DNA from: Squalus acanthias
Lineage: Eukaryota
Direction: 5' to 3'
Length of the DNA stretch: 64,000 bases
Assembly: GCA_030390025.1 (NCBI GenBank)
Contig: CM059432.1
Coordinates: forward strand, 95,854,001 to 95,918,000
Made by a program: the position numbers and the translations under genes. Positions within the stretch are counted from its first letter, which is position 1; each line of letters opens with the position of its first letter. Below the pieces are notes generated by a model. It was not told the DNA's origin. It did not search any database and saw only the letters and a program-made list of their open reading frames with translations. Below are positions 50,866-61,665 of this stretch, in pieces.

Positions 50866-53136
50866 CGTGTCTTTTAAAAGGACACAGGTAGGCAGGCTGC
50901 GTGGGCTCTAGTCATTGGGTACTGTTGGACGGGGCTGCGGCATCTGCGGGGCCGGTAGCAACTGCCACCCTTCCATGCGAAATCATGAGGGTGCGCATGG
51001 CTCCCAACACTGATTCGATCGCATCGGGATGGATAGGTGCACTAGCTCCCCTATCGGAGACAGGCGCCTGGGCTCGGACTGCGGGATTTTTATCCCTGGA
51101 CTCTTTCCAAGGGTTCCTGCAGTTCTTGCGCCAATGCCCTGTCTTCCCACACCCGTAACAAGCATTACTGGCCTGCGGGGCACGGTTACCCTCCTGATGC
51201 CACTCCTTTTGAGCTGGGGCTGCGGGCCGCGCCTCATGCACCTTTCCCTTAAGGGGACGTGCTCCCGTACTCCTGGTATTACGGTACCCTACCGTGAGTC
51301 GATTTAGGACCGACTCCTCTGTAGTGGCGGGGTTAGTGGGATCAAACCATGCTTTTGCCTGCTCCCTGACGGCTGGCAAACTGTTGGCTACTATACACCT
51401 GAGCCAATGAGTTAAACCGACACCGTCTATGCGGTGACGCGCTGGCGCGCCTGGGCAGCTACGCTGGTATACTGGCCACAGCCTGTCGGCGAAAACCTTC
51501 GGGGGTTCTCCCTCCATCTGCACTGTTTGTCCCAATCTAACGAACGGACCTTCATCGTCCGCTCCCAACACTTCTAGGACCTCATCTCTTAACTCCCCAT
51601 AGGTATTATTTCCCCTCTTGCTCTCGTCTGAGAGACACTGAAGGATCGAGCTGTCTAATTAGAACAACAGCATTTTTGCTTTTTCCCCATCGTCGCAGCC
51701 GTTAATGGCTGCGGTTTGCTCTACCTCCCTGAAATGTACGGAAGGGTCGTCTGACTCGGCCAGCTTCCGTACGTGACTGATCATAACCCTCAGCTGGTGT
51801 GAGCTGTGAGGCAACACAAGCTGGTTGAGGAGATCCCCCTCTGCCCCACCGTCTCTGTTCGGGCCCCTTTTGATACCCGTGACCGGACACAACGGTCCCG
51901 GCTTCACTTCTATCTCAGTGGGCTCTTCCTCTACTTCTACCACTTCCTTCCTCACCCAGGTTGCCGAATAGCTGGGTGGCGCGGAGGGCACAGTGGCTAA
52001 TACCTCCTCTGCTTTGTTCGGTGGGGATTTCTGAAATTCCTCATCCACCAGCGGCTGGTGTGCTGACGGGCTGATAAGGCACACCATGCCGTGCGCTTTA
52101 TTCAGGGCCTTTTTAAGGTTCCCTATCTCTCTTTGGCAGACGCTGTGATCGGCCCCCTGATGTTTATCCTCGAGGGCCATCTTATATGCCGCCCTAACCC
52201 CCGTTAAGCTCTCTTCCTGGGCTTTTATTTGGGCAACCAGGCGGGCACATCGTTCCTTTATTCTGCCCTCATTTAACTTTGCCTCAGTGACCTGGCACTC
52301 GAGGTAATCTATTTTCGCCTCATGGTGGTTGGCGACTAATTGGCGTTCTTGATGTAACGCATTTAAAGACGCGATGAGCTGCTGCCCCCCCGCGACCTTC
52401 TCGTCCATTTCCACCTCTAAACCCTTGATCTGAGCTGCCTGCGCTAAGATGACCTGGTCCGAAAGCTGGACTTGTCTTTTATAGCACATCAGCCAGACCG
52501 CTTTCTCTACTGTTTTTTTATGTTCCTTGCTATCTGTCCACCTCTCGGCTGCCTCTAGTGGACGCTTATCCACCAGCAGGTCACTTATCCATTTCTTAGT
52601 CAAATTCACTTTTCCAAACACATAGGGGTAAAAATTCACTTGGTTGCGCCTCCCGTTAGCGCCTTAAGAGGGCGCTAATGGGGCGTTAAGCCGCTAACGC
52701 CCGGGCGCAGCGCTGTTTGCGCCGCTCGAGAACTTAACTTGAGATTGTGCGGCGGCGCTAAAACTTACCGCTGCGACCACCTGCGCGCGCAGATTGTGAC
52801 ATCATTCCATGGTGCAACGCCCTTGGGGCGCCCCGGAGCGGAAATTGAGTGGCGCCCCCTGCCTTACCGCCTGGCGCTTCCAACGACCGGAAGACTGGAA
52901 CGTTATCAATCGGTGTGGGGCTGGGGGGGGCGCTATTTAAAGGGGGCCTCTTCCTGTCTTTTTCTGTGGTCGACATTTATGCACCACTCGTTCTGAGAGA
53001 GAGAGAGAGATTCGGAGAGAGAGAGAGAGAGACTTCTACATTGACTCAACGCTTTGTGAGGTAGTTTGGCCTAGTTCATCCTAACTTTGTTGCTACTTTA
53101 GTTGCTGTACCTCATTACTTTTCTGGCAAAGAGAAT

Positions 53137-54297
53137 ATGGGGGCTGCAATGATTGGGGGCGTCGTCCTGCTCCAGCTAAATCGGAGGATAGTGAGACGCA
53201 GACAGAGAGTGGCAATGATGGCCAGACGGAGGAGGGCCATCAGGCGCATGTACAGGAGAGCTTACCCTCCCAGGGTATATCGTGAACAGCTCTCCTACAT
53301 CCATATGTCCGAGGAGCTGTGTTTGCGAAGGCTGCGATTCAGCAAGGAGGTGGTCACTGAGCTCTGCCACCTGCTGCAGCCAGATCTGCAGCCTCAGCTG
53401 AGGTCCAGGACGTCTCTGTCGGTGGCAGTGAAGGTCACAGTGGCTTTGAACTTCTACGCCACTGGCTCATTCCAAGCTGCTGTTGGGGACCTTGCCAATA
53501 TCTCCCAGTTTGCGGTGCATCGCTGCATCCGGCAGGTCACCAATGCCCTCTTCAGAAGGAGACGAGACTTCATCTCTTTCCCTATGACCCCAGACAAGCA
53601 GCATGACCGTGCTATGGGCTTTGCGAGGGTAGCGGGCTTCCCCATGGTGCAGGGCGCCATTGACTGCACGCATGTGGCTTTGCGTGCTCCGCGAGAGAAT
53701 GCAGAGGAGTTCAGGAACAGAAAGGGGTTCCATTCCTTGAATGTGCAGTTGGTCTGTGACCACAGACAGGTGATTCTCGCTGTCAATGCCCACTATCCGG
53801 GCAGCTGCCACGATGCTTTCATCCTGCGCCAGATTACTGTGGCAGAACTTTTCGAGGCACCGCATCAGCCAGTTGGTTGGCTTCTGGGGGACAAGGGGTA
53901 CGCATTGAGCACCTGGCTGATGACACCGCTCCGTGCGCCAAACACCCCTGCTGAGCTGCGGTACCAGGAAAGCCATCAAGCAACCAGGAACATTATTGAG
54001 CGCACAATCGGCGTGCTGAAACAACGGTTCCGCTGTCTGGACCATTCCAGAGGAGCCCTGCAGTACTCGCCTGAGCAAGTTTCGAAGTTCGTAGTCGTGT
54101 GCTGCATGTTGCACAACATGGCAATCCTCAGGACCCAGCCAATGCCACCAGGCCTTGTAGCACCACCAGAGGAGGAGGAGGAAGAGGAGGAACAGGACGA
54201 GGACGATGATCATCAGCAGCACCAAGGCAGGAGGGCGGCCCACAATGGTCAAACTGCAAGGGCCGTCCGTCAACGACTAATAGCAAGCCGCTTCTAG
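53137..54297 (+). CDS. Harbinger DDE transposase (HARBI1-like), intact 386 aa
   Basis: GAIDCTHV, NRKGFHSLNVQLVCD, PGSCHDAFIL, LLGDKGY, IERTIGVLKQRFRCL, CCMLHN. Confidence 0.96.
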   Translation: MGAAMIGGVVLLQLNRRIVRRRQRVAMMARRRRAIRRMYRRAYPPRVYREQLSYIHMSEELCLRRLRFSKEVVTELCHLLQPDLQPQLRSRTSLSVAVKVTVALNFYATGSFQAAVGDLANISQFAVHRCIRQVTNALFRRRRDFISFPMTPDKQHDRAMGFARVAGFPMVQGAIDCTHVALRAPRENAEEFRNRKGFHSLNVQLVCDHRQVILAVNAHYPGSCHDAFILRQITVAELFEAPHQPVGWLLGDKGYALSTWLMTPLRAPNTPAELRYQESHQATRNIIERTIGVLKQRFRCLDHSRGALQYSPEQVSKFVVVCCMLHNMAILRTQPMPPGLVAPPEEEEEEEEQDEDDDHQQHQGRRAAHNGQTARAVRQRLIASRF

Positions 54298-54590
54298 GGC
54301 CCCTGCCATTGCTACAAACACGAATCAACCCAGCACGCAACCCCTAAGCCGGCCAAGGCACAATAATTCCAACCACCAACCATGTATATTTTGAATACAG
54401 AAACTTATTTATTTTACAAACTCTGTGTGTGTCAATTCCTCATGACAAACTCATAGAAATAAACACAAAAAAACAGTCAATAACATAACTGGTTCTCACA
54501 ACCTGGAGATAATGTCCAAAACACTAAACAAAAGTTGGGCCATGAACCTCGGCCTTTAATAAAAAAATGACCAGCATTTTGGCACACCTC

Positions 54591-56522
54591 CTACTTTTTT
54601 CCCTTCGAGGGTGATCTCCTTCCCTTGCGCACTTCCCCCCTTCTAACCCTACTGCTCCTCCGTAATGGGACCTCAGTGGCTGCAGCAAGGCTGGTGGAAG
54701 GCTGCTGCTCGTCAGACCCTGACACTGCAGATGCCCCTGAAGGACGGCCTCGACCAGTTCTGGGCCTGGAGGGCCCGGCTGCAGACTGCACCAACTCTGC
54801 ATGGGCGGCAGCAGTCTGTCCTACAGGCGGTGGCAAGTGCAGTGGAGAAGTGACAGTGTTGGCAGCAGGAATGCTGTCATCGTGAGAGAGGACAGCAACT
54901 CCCTGCTCGCCCGACACACTGGCACTCCCACGGGGCAGCACTTCAGCATCCGGAGCAATTTGCCGGAGAACAGATTGCTGGCCTGCTGCGGCGCGGTGAC
55001 AGCCCCGGGGACATGTGCACGAACCATCGAGGATGGCAGCAGTCAGTGCTCGCGTGGCCTCAATCTGAGTCTGCATGAGAGCAGTCTCAGATGGGTTCCT
55101 GGCAGCCAGTGACTGAATTGCAGCACTAAGCTTTAGTGTGGCATCCGCCTGTGCTACAGCGAAGTGCTCCACACTCCTTGCCAGTGCCTCAATGCATTCG
55201 GGCACCCTTCCCACTGCACCCATGAGCTCAGTGTGCATGCCCACCGCCTGGCTGTTCATTTCTGCAATCAGCCGCTCCTCCTCTGCGTCCATTGCAGTAG
55301 GAGTGTCTGGCATACTCTCCCTCTGGGGAGAAGGCTCCCGTTCTTCCCTCCCCCCCCCCATGGCGTTGCTGCAGCCCGCTGGGTCCTGGAGCTTCACCAT
55401 TATCAGCCCCTTCCCCCCTGCTCCCCTCCGGGGAAGGCGTGTTCCCAGTGTGGCCATGGGCTTCCTCGGGAGAGGGTGGCACTGATGCTCCGGCTTCCTC
55501 TTCCTCCTCAGCTGCAGCATCACTCCCAGTGGCAGCTTCAGGGCCCGTCTCCTCAGCTGGTGAATCACCATCTGAAAGCAGGGAGGTACAAGAGTGGCTT
55601 TAGCGTGTGGACAGGGTGGCAGTAAGGGAGGAATAAGTGCAGCGAGTTAGCAAGTTGGATTGAAAGTGTCAAAGGCTGGTATTGTGAGGGACAAGTGGAA
55701 GGACAGAGGACAAAAAGGTGATGACCTTACCATTGCTGTCCACAACGGGGTCGGCGTCCCCAGTGGCGACGGGACCGATCACCCGGCTTGCCACAATCCT
55801 GTGGACGCGCTCCTCCAGATCGCTGAGGGGTTGCAGCTGAAGCCGCCCTGCACCCGTCCGTTGCTGCTGTCTCCGATTATGAGCCAGCTTAGCCTGCAAG
55901 AAAAAGGACAGCATCTGAGTAAATATACAGCCATGGTCTTGCCTGATGTGCCTCCCATAGGTGAATAGCCCTTACAATATGCAGCCATGGTCTTGCCTGA
56001 TGTGCCTCCCATAGGTGAATAGCCCTTACAATATGCAGCCATGGTCTTGCCTGATGTGCCTCCCATAGGTGAATAGCCCTTACAATATGCAGCCATGGTC
56101 TTGCCTGATGTGCCTCCCATAGGTGAATAGCCCTTACTGTATGCAAAGTGTGGAATGTGTGTGTGTGTTTGATGAAAGGGCCATAGGTGTTGCATGAGTG
56201 TTGTGCATTGGGGTTTTAAGACCCTCTGGCCATAGAGTGAGGTTGAGATGGAGGGATGGAGAGGTATTGAGAAAAAGCCACTCACCCTGACGACCCGAGT
56301 GAGGTCGTTGAACTTTTTGCGGCACTGAACATGGGTCCTGGGCACCATGCTCCTGGAGGAGACGCTCTGAGCCACCTCCCTCCACACTCTTCTGAACTCG
56401 CGTGGCAAAGGCCTCCTGCCACTCTCCGGGAACAGCATGCATCGTCTGCGCTCCACTGCGTCAACCAGAGCATCCAAGGCCCGCTCGGTGAAGCGATGAG
56501 CGCGTTCTCTCACCCTCTCCAT
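54591..56522 (-). CDS. Harbinger Myb/SANT-like DNA-binding protein; exons 56522-56286, 55893-55731, 55571-54591; one frameshift in a G10 run (55350-55359)
   Basis: RFTERALDALVDAV..WREVAQSV..RTHVQCRKKFNDL; GT-AG introns with matching phases. Confidence 0.85.
55923..56143. repeat. 54-bp tandem repeat, ~4 copies, in intron 1 of the Myb-like gene
   Basis: tatgcagccatggtcttgcctgatgtgcctcccataggtgaatagcccttacaa repeated. Confidence 0.95.
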
Positions 56523-56955
56523 GCTTGGCAGCAAAATGGATTACAGGTCTCTCCAGGCTGAGATTCAAGGCTGCAATGAGCAGGGTGTGGCTGGGGAGCA
56601 AGTGGCCCCCCCGCTTTAAGAATAGTCCGGCGCCAGTGTGTCTGTGTTCCCTCGCTAACTGGCAGCAGCTGCGCTGCGCTCGTGCGCTGAGGTAGCGCCT
56701 CACTCCTAGGCCTTTGCGCCTTAAGAGAGGTGTGCAGCGCCTAATTTAGCGCTCCACTCACCTCCCGGGGCGGTAAAAGTGAAGTTTCCTGTCAGTGCCG
56801 ATAATTAGCGCCAGGCGCTAATATTTGCGCTCGGACGATATTTGCGCCCCAAATGGGGCGCGACCTAATTTCTACCCCATAATCTGCTATTCTCTCTTCC
56901 ATGACATTTCGCCCATTCATACCAGGGTCTAACACATCATTTTCTCGCTGCCAGT

Positions 56956-56973
56956 GTCCCTTCGTGGTGGCCA
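56956..56973 (-). promoter_or_regulatory. Primer binding site, tRNA-Arg(TCG)-like
   Basis: TGGCCACCACGAAGGGAC, 5 nt inside the 5' LTR boundary; matches the recalled vertebrate tRNA-Arg 3' end ..GTCCCTTCGTGGTCGCCA with one mismatch. Confidence 0.75.
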
Positions 56974-56978
56974 TTTTC

Positions 56979-58636
56979 TGTAAGGGGTGACCTGCGGCTC
57001 TGTGCTTAGCCTAGGTGCTAGTGCGAGGTTAGGCCTTGTTGCCTGTTCTGGTCTCCAGCCAGCCTGGTAACACTAGACACCTGTGAGTGGTTCGACCCAC
57101 TCGCCCTTACGGTTCTGACACTGGACTTAGGTGCGAGAGCAATAATGCAGAGAAAACTCAGGTAGACCCGGTTGAATAGTGCGAAGTGGAAAATCTTTAT
57201 TGCATATTATTCAAGATTACGAGATACATGTCATAAGCACAGATTAATGACAGTACAATCTTACACACAGTTATGTAACTCATTTTAGGGAAACGAGGAG
57301 CGCATGACACATCGTAAAAGGGGGCACACATTACAATTATCCTTAAAACTTAAACCCTCCCCTATCAATACCTGTCCTAAACTAGATTTGTAGGATCGAG
57401 ACTCATGCTCACCACTCGTGATAACTCGGAGAATTCCGAAACTCTGCTCGGATGTTTTTCCCGCAGCACCTGACTATCCACGTGTTGATCAGGGGTCTCT
57501 GTACCCCACTTGTTTACTCGTCTCTGCTCCGGCCAGCAGGCTGGACCGTCTGCTGTCATGAAGATCTGTGTTGTCCTCGGAGTTCCGATACTACTCGAAG
57601 AAGAGTCTTCCTGTGCCCTCACCAGTTTGTAAAATTCAAAGAAAAGTCTTCCTGGGCAAGGAAGTGTTTATTCGACTTACAGGCGCGGTCGGGGCTTACT
57701 GACCGTGGCGATACGTATTGTCATCTTCTTCTCTTCTCATTTCATCTCATCTCATCTCATCTCATCTCGGGCCTTCGGTTCCAACACCGTTTACCGACTT
57801 CTCGGGATGGTGTGCCCGTTTCAAGGCCTCACAGCCCAGTTCTACACAGACCTTCGCGGCAAGCCACGAGGTTGATCCTAGCGGATCAGAGTCCAGAGCC
57901 GTCAGGCAAGAGAATAAAAATTCAACAGTCTTCCAGCGAGTCAAAACAGCAAGAGCAGCAAGAGGCAGGCGGCAAGAGACAAGAGCAACAAGAGAAACAA
58001 GAGAGAGATGGACGGTTGTACCTTACAGTTATAGTGCTGTAATTCCTCTTTTCCCGCCCAATCTTAATGTCTATCTTTTGTCAGGTTTTTGGCGCTCAAG
58101 CTTCTTGTATAGGGTGATCTCCGTTTTTAATGGGTTTCGGTGATACTTGTAACTGTCTGAGTACCCGTTAATACTTCTCCCATTGTGGAACCGGCCAGTA
58201 GTCTCCCTGGAGGGGTTTTGGGGCTTCCAAATGCTTTCTGTAACTACCCGCAAACGGCTCTCTCATCGTAGAGTCGTGGGGATTTTGCATATTAATGTCT
58301 TTGGATGGGTCCTTGATCGCTCGGTACAATAGCCCTTATTCGCACCTGGGAGACCGATTCCAGTATTTATGTATAAAATGCAAACCCATTATGTCTTGTC
58401 AATTATCTCAAATGTGCTGAGTCCTGTACGATCTTGCACAAATGTTTATTGGAACGCCATCTTGTCTGCTCATTGAAAGTCTAGAACGTTCTGCCACGAG
58501 GCGTGGCGGCCATTTTACAGGCTGTTTGTGTCCGCTTTGAAAACCTGACAGCATTCTGCTGAAATAAAGCTGTTTGTACGAAACTTTATGTCTCCTTCTT
58601 ATTTTATAAAATCGCGATAATTTTGCGAATTCTACA
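56979..58636 (-). repeat. 5' LTR (1658 bp)
   Basis: Direct repeat of 45086-46742. Confidence 0.97.
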
Positions 58637-58640
58637 GTGG

Positions 58641-58920
58641 CCATCAATATAAGATAGTCACCAAGAAATCCAATAGGGAATTCAGAAGAAACTTCCTTAC
58701 CCAAAGAGTGGTGAGAATGTGGAACTCGCTACCACAGGGAGTGGTTGAAGCAAAAAGTTAAGCGGAGGCTAGACAAGCATATGAGGGAGAAGGGAATAGA
58801 GGGTTACGCTGATAGATTTAGATGAGGAAAGACGGGAGGAAGCTCGAGTGGAGCATAAACGCCGGCATGGACTGGTTGAGCCGAATGGCCTGTTTCAGTG
58901 CTGTATATCCTATGTAATGT
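58641..58920 (+). mobile_element. CR1 3' end, right part of the LTR host
   Basis: HQYKIVT..FRRNFLTQRVVRMWNSLP; tail cctatgtaatgtaa. Confidence 0.9.
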
Positions 58921-61665
58921 AAATCGTGGATGTTAATTAGCTTTAACCAATAAGGATCATAATAAGTTTGTCTCACCAGATGGGAGAGAACTCAGACTGC
59001 TCCTATTTCCCTGTGGTTCCAATGCTTGGCTCAATAACCAATGGTTCAATTATTTGCCTATTTTCAGTAGTTTATCCAATTACCTTTCCAATTGTTCCAA
59101 CATAAGACAGCCTTTCTAAGTCTGGCATTACTTCACATCAAGTGTTCACTTTCAATTTTATTGACACTTGTTCCAGTATCCACTATTTCATTACTTTAAA
59201 ATGATCAGACTGAAGGTAAGCAACTTTACCAATGCTATTTGAGCCCAGCTGATAAAAAGGGGATGAAGACAAATTGGCTTTTCTTGACAACTCTCCCCAT
59301 TGAACTAACCATGATCAAGAACTTATCATATAAGGAATCATAGACATGAGCTTTATCCTATCACTGTGGTTCAGTTTATTGTCTAGTAATAGAGCCTCTC
59401 AGGGAAAGTAATAAACAATAAAATTCCTAATAGCCAGCATGACAAATTTTCCATTGTACTCAAAGTTGATGCAACAATAACTTAATCACAAATTCATGTT
59501 GCCTACAGCTGATAAACTAAGGATATTATCAGAAAAAGTACATACGCTAGCTTAACAGGATCTCCACTTATTCAAAGTACCATGCATCAATGTATATCCT
59601 TCCAGTAGAGGAATTTATACCAGGAAGGCAGATATAATAAAGAAGTGTCACCCACATTCCACAGTTGCCTTCTTTTGGTGGTTAAGTTAGTAGCTTGCAG
59701 CATGGCATTGTGTATGGCTGATTCAGTCTCCAAGGTATAACTGACAATATTGCCTTTACAAGGAGAGAAAAACTATTTCGACTTGATCTGGAAAAAGCCA
59801 TGAAAAATGTATTGAAATAAAGAAGAACACTGTGCTTTAAAATACACCTATTAATGATGCCCAAAATGCTGGATGAGTTGGAGTATCAGAGGTACAAGCT
59901 TCAATGGAGTGAGAGATCGTCTTTTGCCGTTGATTGCTTTTGTTTTAAACTGAAAAGAAAGATTTTCTTTCCCAAAGTAGCAACTCTTTGTCCTTTTGAT
60001 GGAAGAGCTCTTTCAAGATAGATTTTTGGAATCAAGGGATATTGGGATCGGGCGGGAAGGTGGAGTTGAGGTCCAAGATCAGCCATGATCTTACTGAATG
60101 GCAGAGTAGGCTTGAAGGGCCGTATGACCTACTCCTGCTCCTAATTCTTATGTTCTTAAGTGCACCATGTTTTCTAGCATTCAAAAAACAGAGGCCCATG
60201 AGCTCAGAGGAGATTGCTATGAAAGAGCCTATAATAGTAACACCATCACTAAATTTTCAAGACTGTTTTCGGTGTTCGTTGTTTTTTGTGCTTGTGGATG
60301 TGTTAGGATGTTAGTGTTGGGGAAGGGAACACTGAACTTTTATAGCAGCTATGGGGTAATTTTACAAGTTTGCTCTGCTGGCATGCAAGGTCACTTGTCA
60401 GCAGTATAACTGATAAAAATTACCCCTCCAGTGTCAGCATCAAGCATTCCCAGGTCAGCAATGGTTAAAGGCAGAGTAAAACAGTGTGCTCCAGTCCCAA
60501 CCATTAAAGAACAATCCATACTGCAAGAGTGTGACATTTGCCCTACCAATCAATCTGTGGCCCTCTATGAGTGAGTTCTGTCCTATGGGAACTGAACTGA
60601 GAATGTCCAAACACATTTCATATGGGGCCTTGATAGGCAGAAGTGACTTAGTTGGATCTGAACTCACATCTCAGAGATGAAAGACCAGTCTCTAATCCAT
60701 TGCACCACCCAGTCCATTTCCAATAAGTTTAAAAGGTTTTTCAGAGTCAATCAAGCATTAATCTAGGTCTCATTAAATAATCCAATCTCAGACATTGCTT
60801 TAAAGGGAGGCATATGTTGAGTTCATTGAGATTAGTTCATAAATTACAATGGCCACCAGGTCATAAACACAGTTGAGAACCACTTCTGCAAACAGATTGC
60901 TTTCGCTCCTGAGGAAGAAACATTTTATAGAGAAATGAAGAGCTTTGTGCCTCTTTCAAGCCTAGAATCTATTGTTTCTAGCTGAATTATGCATCCCTAC
61001 AAGATGGACACTCCCTGACAAATTTAATAGACTTCATAAAATTAACTTTCAGATTTCAGGGGTAGTCCTTGGAGGTGGGATGATAATATATTTTGCAGTT
61101 TTTTGTTAGAAGAATTACATCGATGGGAACAGCTAACTTTAATTTATAGTATTAATTCTTTGCCACATTCACTTTATGAATGCTTTTAGCATAAGTGAAA
61201 CAATCATACAATTAGGAGGATTTTGAACTGTTCTTGTTCCCTCATATTTTTAAGCTTTAAACATTCATCAGTTATGTTAATATTTTAGAGTTTTCTAGGC
61301 TAGATTGTTTACTTATTTGAAATAGTCAATGTTTTTTTCAGTGAAAGAAATGTAGTTACATGGCACAGCCTCCCAGTAAAGCCAGTTGATACAGTATGAA
61401 CTAACTACTTGAGCTGGGTAAATATTTGGTTAGTACCAGTAATTGAGCAAGCTTAGACTAAATACACCACAAAACAGAATAGCTATTGTGCTGTTGCGTG
61501 GGTGGATGATTGTGAATATCTATTAAAGGTTGTTGGCAAAGGTTGATTAGTGGAGATGAAGACATATTTTGGAGTTTGCTTGATTACTGTAAGAATCAGG
61601 GAGGATTTAAGCAGGAGACTCCCTCTGGAAATTAATTAAGTGTTGTGAAGTCCATAATAGACATA

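Larger units (their letters stand above)
52625..56878 (+). mobile_element. Full-length PIF/Harbinger DNA transposon, TSD ATA
   Basis: TIR GGGGTAAAAATT / GGGGTAGAAATT; 3-bp TSD; convergent transposase and Myb-like genes. Confidence 0.96.
50912..56974 (-). pseudogene. gag: gag (~600 codons reconstructed): N-terminal coiled coil, capsid-like region, CCHC zinc knuckle; split by Harbinger, with one in-frame TAA at 51659-51661
   Basis: Removing 52625-56881 gives in-frame ..EERIADY-VFGKVNL..; frame continues past the stop (LLF*LDSSILQ) to CYGCGKTGHWRKNC. Confidence 0.88.
45086..58636 (-). mobile_element. Endogenous LTR element, lokiretrovirus-like (gag - orphan ORF - F-like env), lacking pol
   Basis: Paired LTRs TG..CA; 4-bp TSD gagg/gtgg; CR1 host rejoins in frame (SITRG|HQYKIVT); PBS, PPT, gag and env all on the minus strand. 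Confidence 0.93.

Noticed and set aside
50870..50882. Programmed -1 frameshift site linking gag read-through to ORF X
   Set aside because: The TTTAAAA heptamer is not in the X XXY YYZ phase relative to the gag frame.
53467..54273. 268-aa antisense ORF
   Set aside because: Shadow of the GC-rich transposase gene.
53137..54297. Domesticated host HARBI1 gene
   Set aside because: Lies within TIRs and a TSD with a Myb partner gene, so it is a transposon copy.
59177..59215. 39-nt AG/GT-bounded mini-exon candidate (YPLFHYFKMIRLK)
   Set aside because: Isolated; cannot be linked to any gene model.
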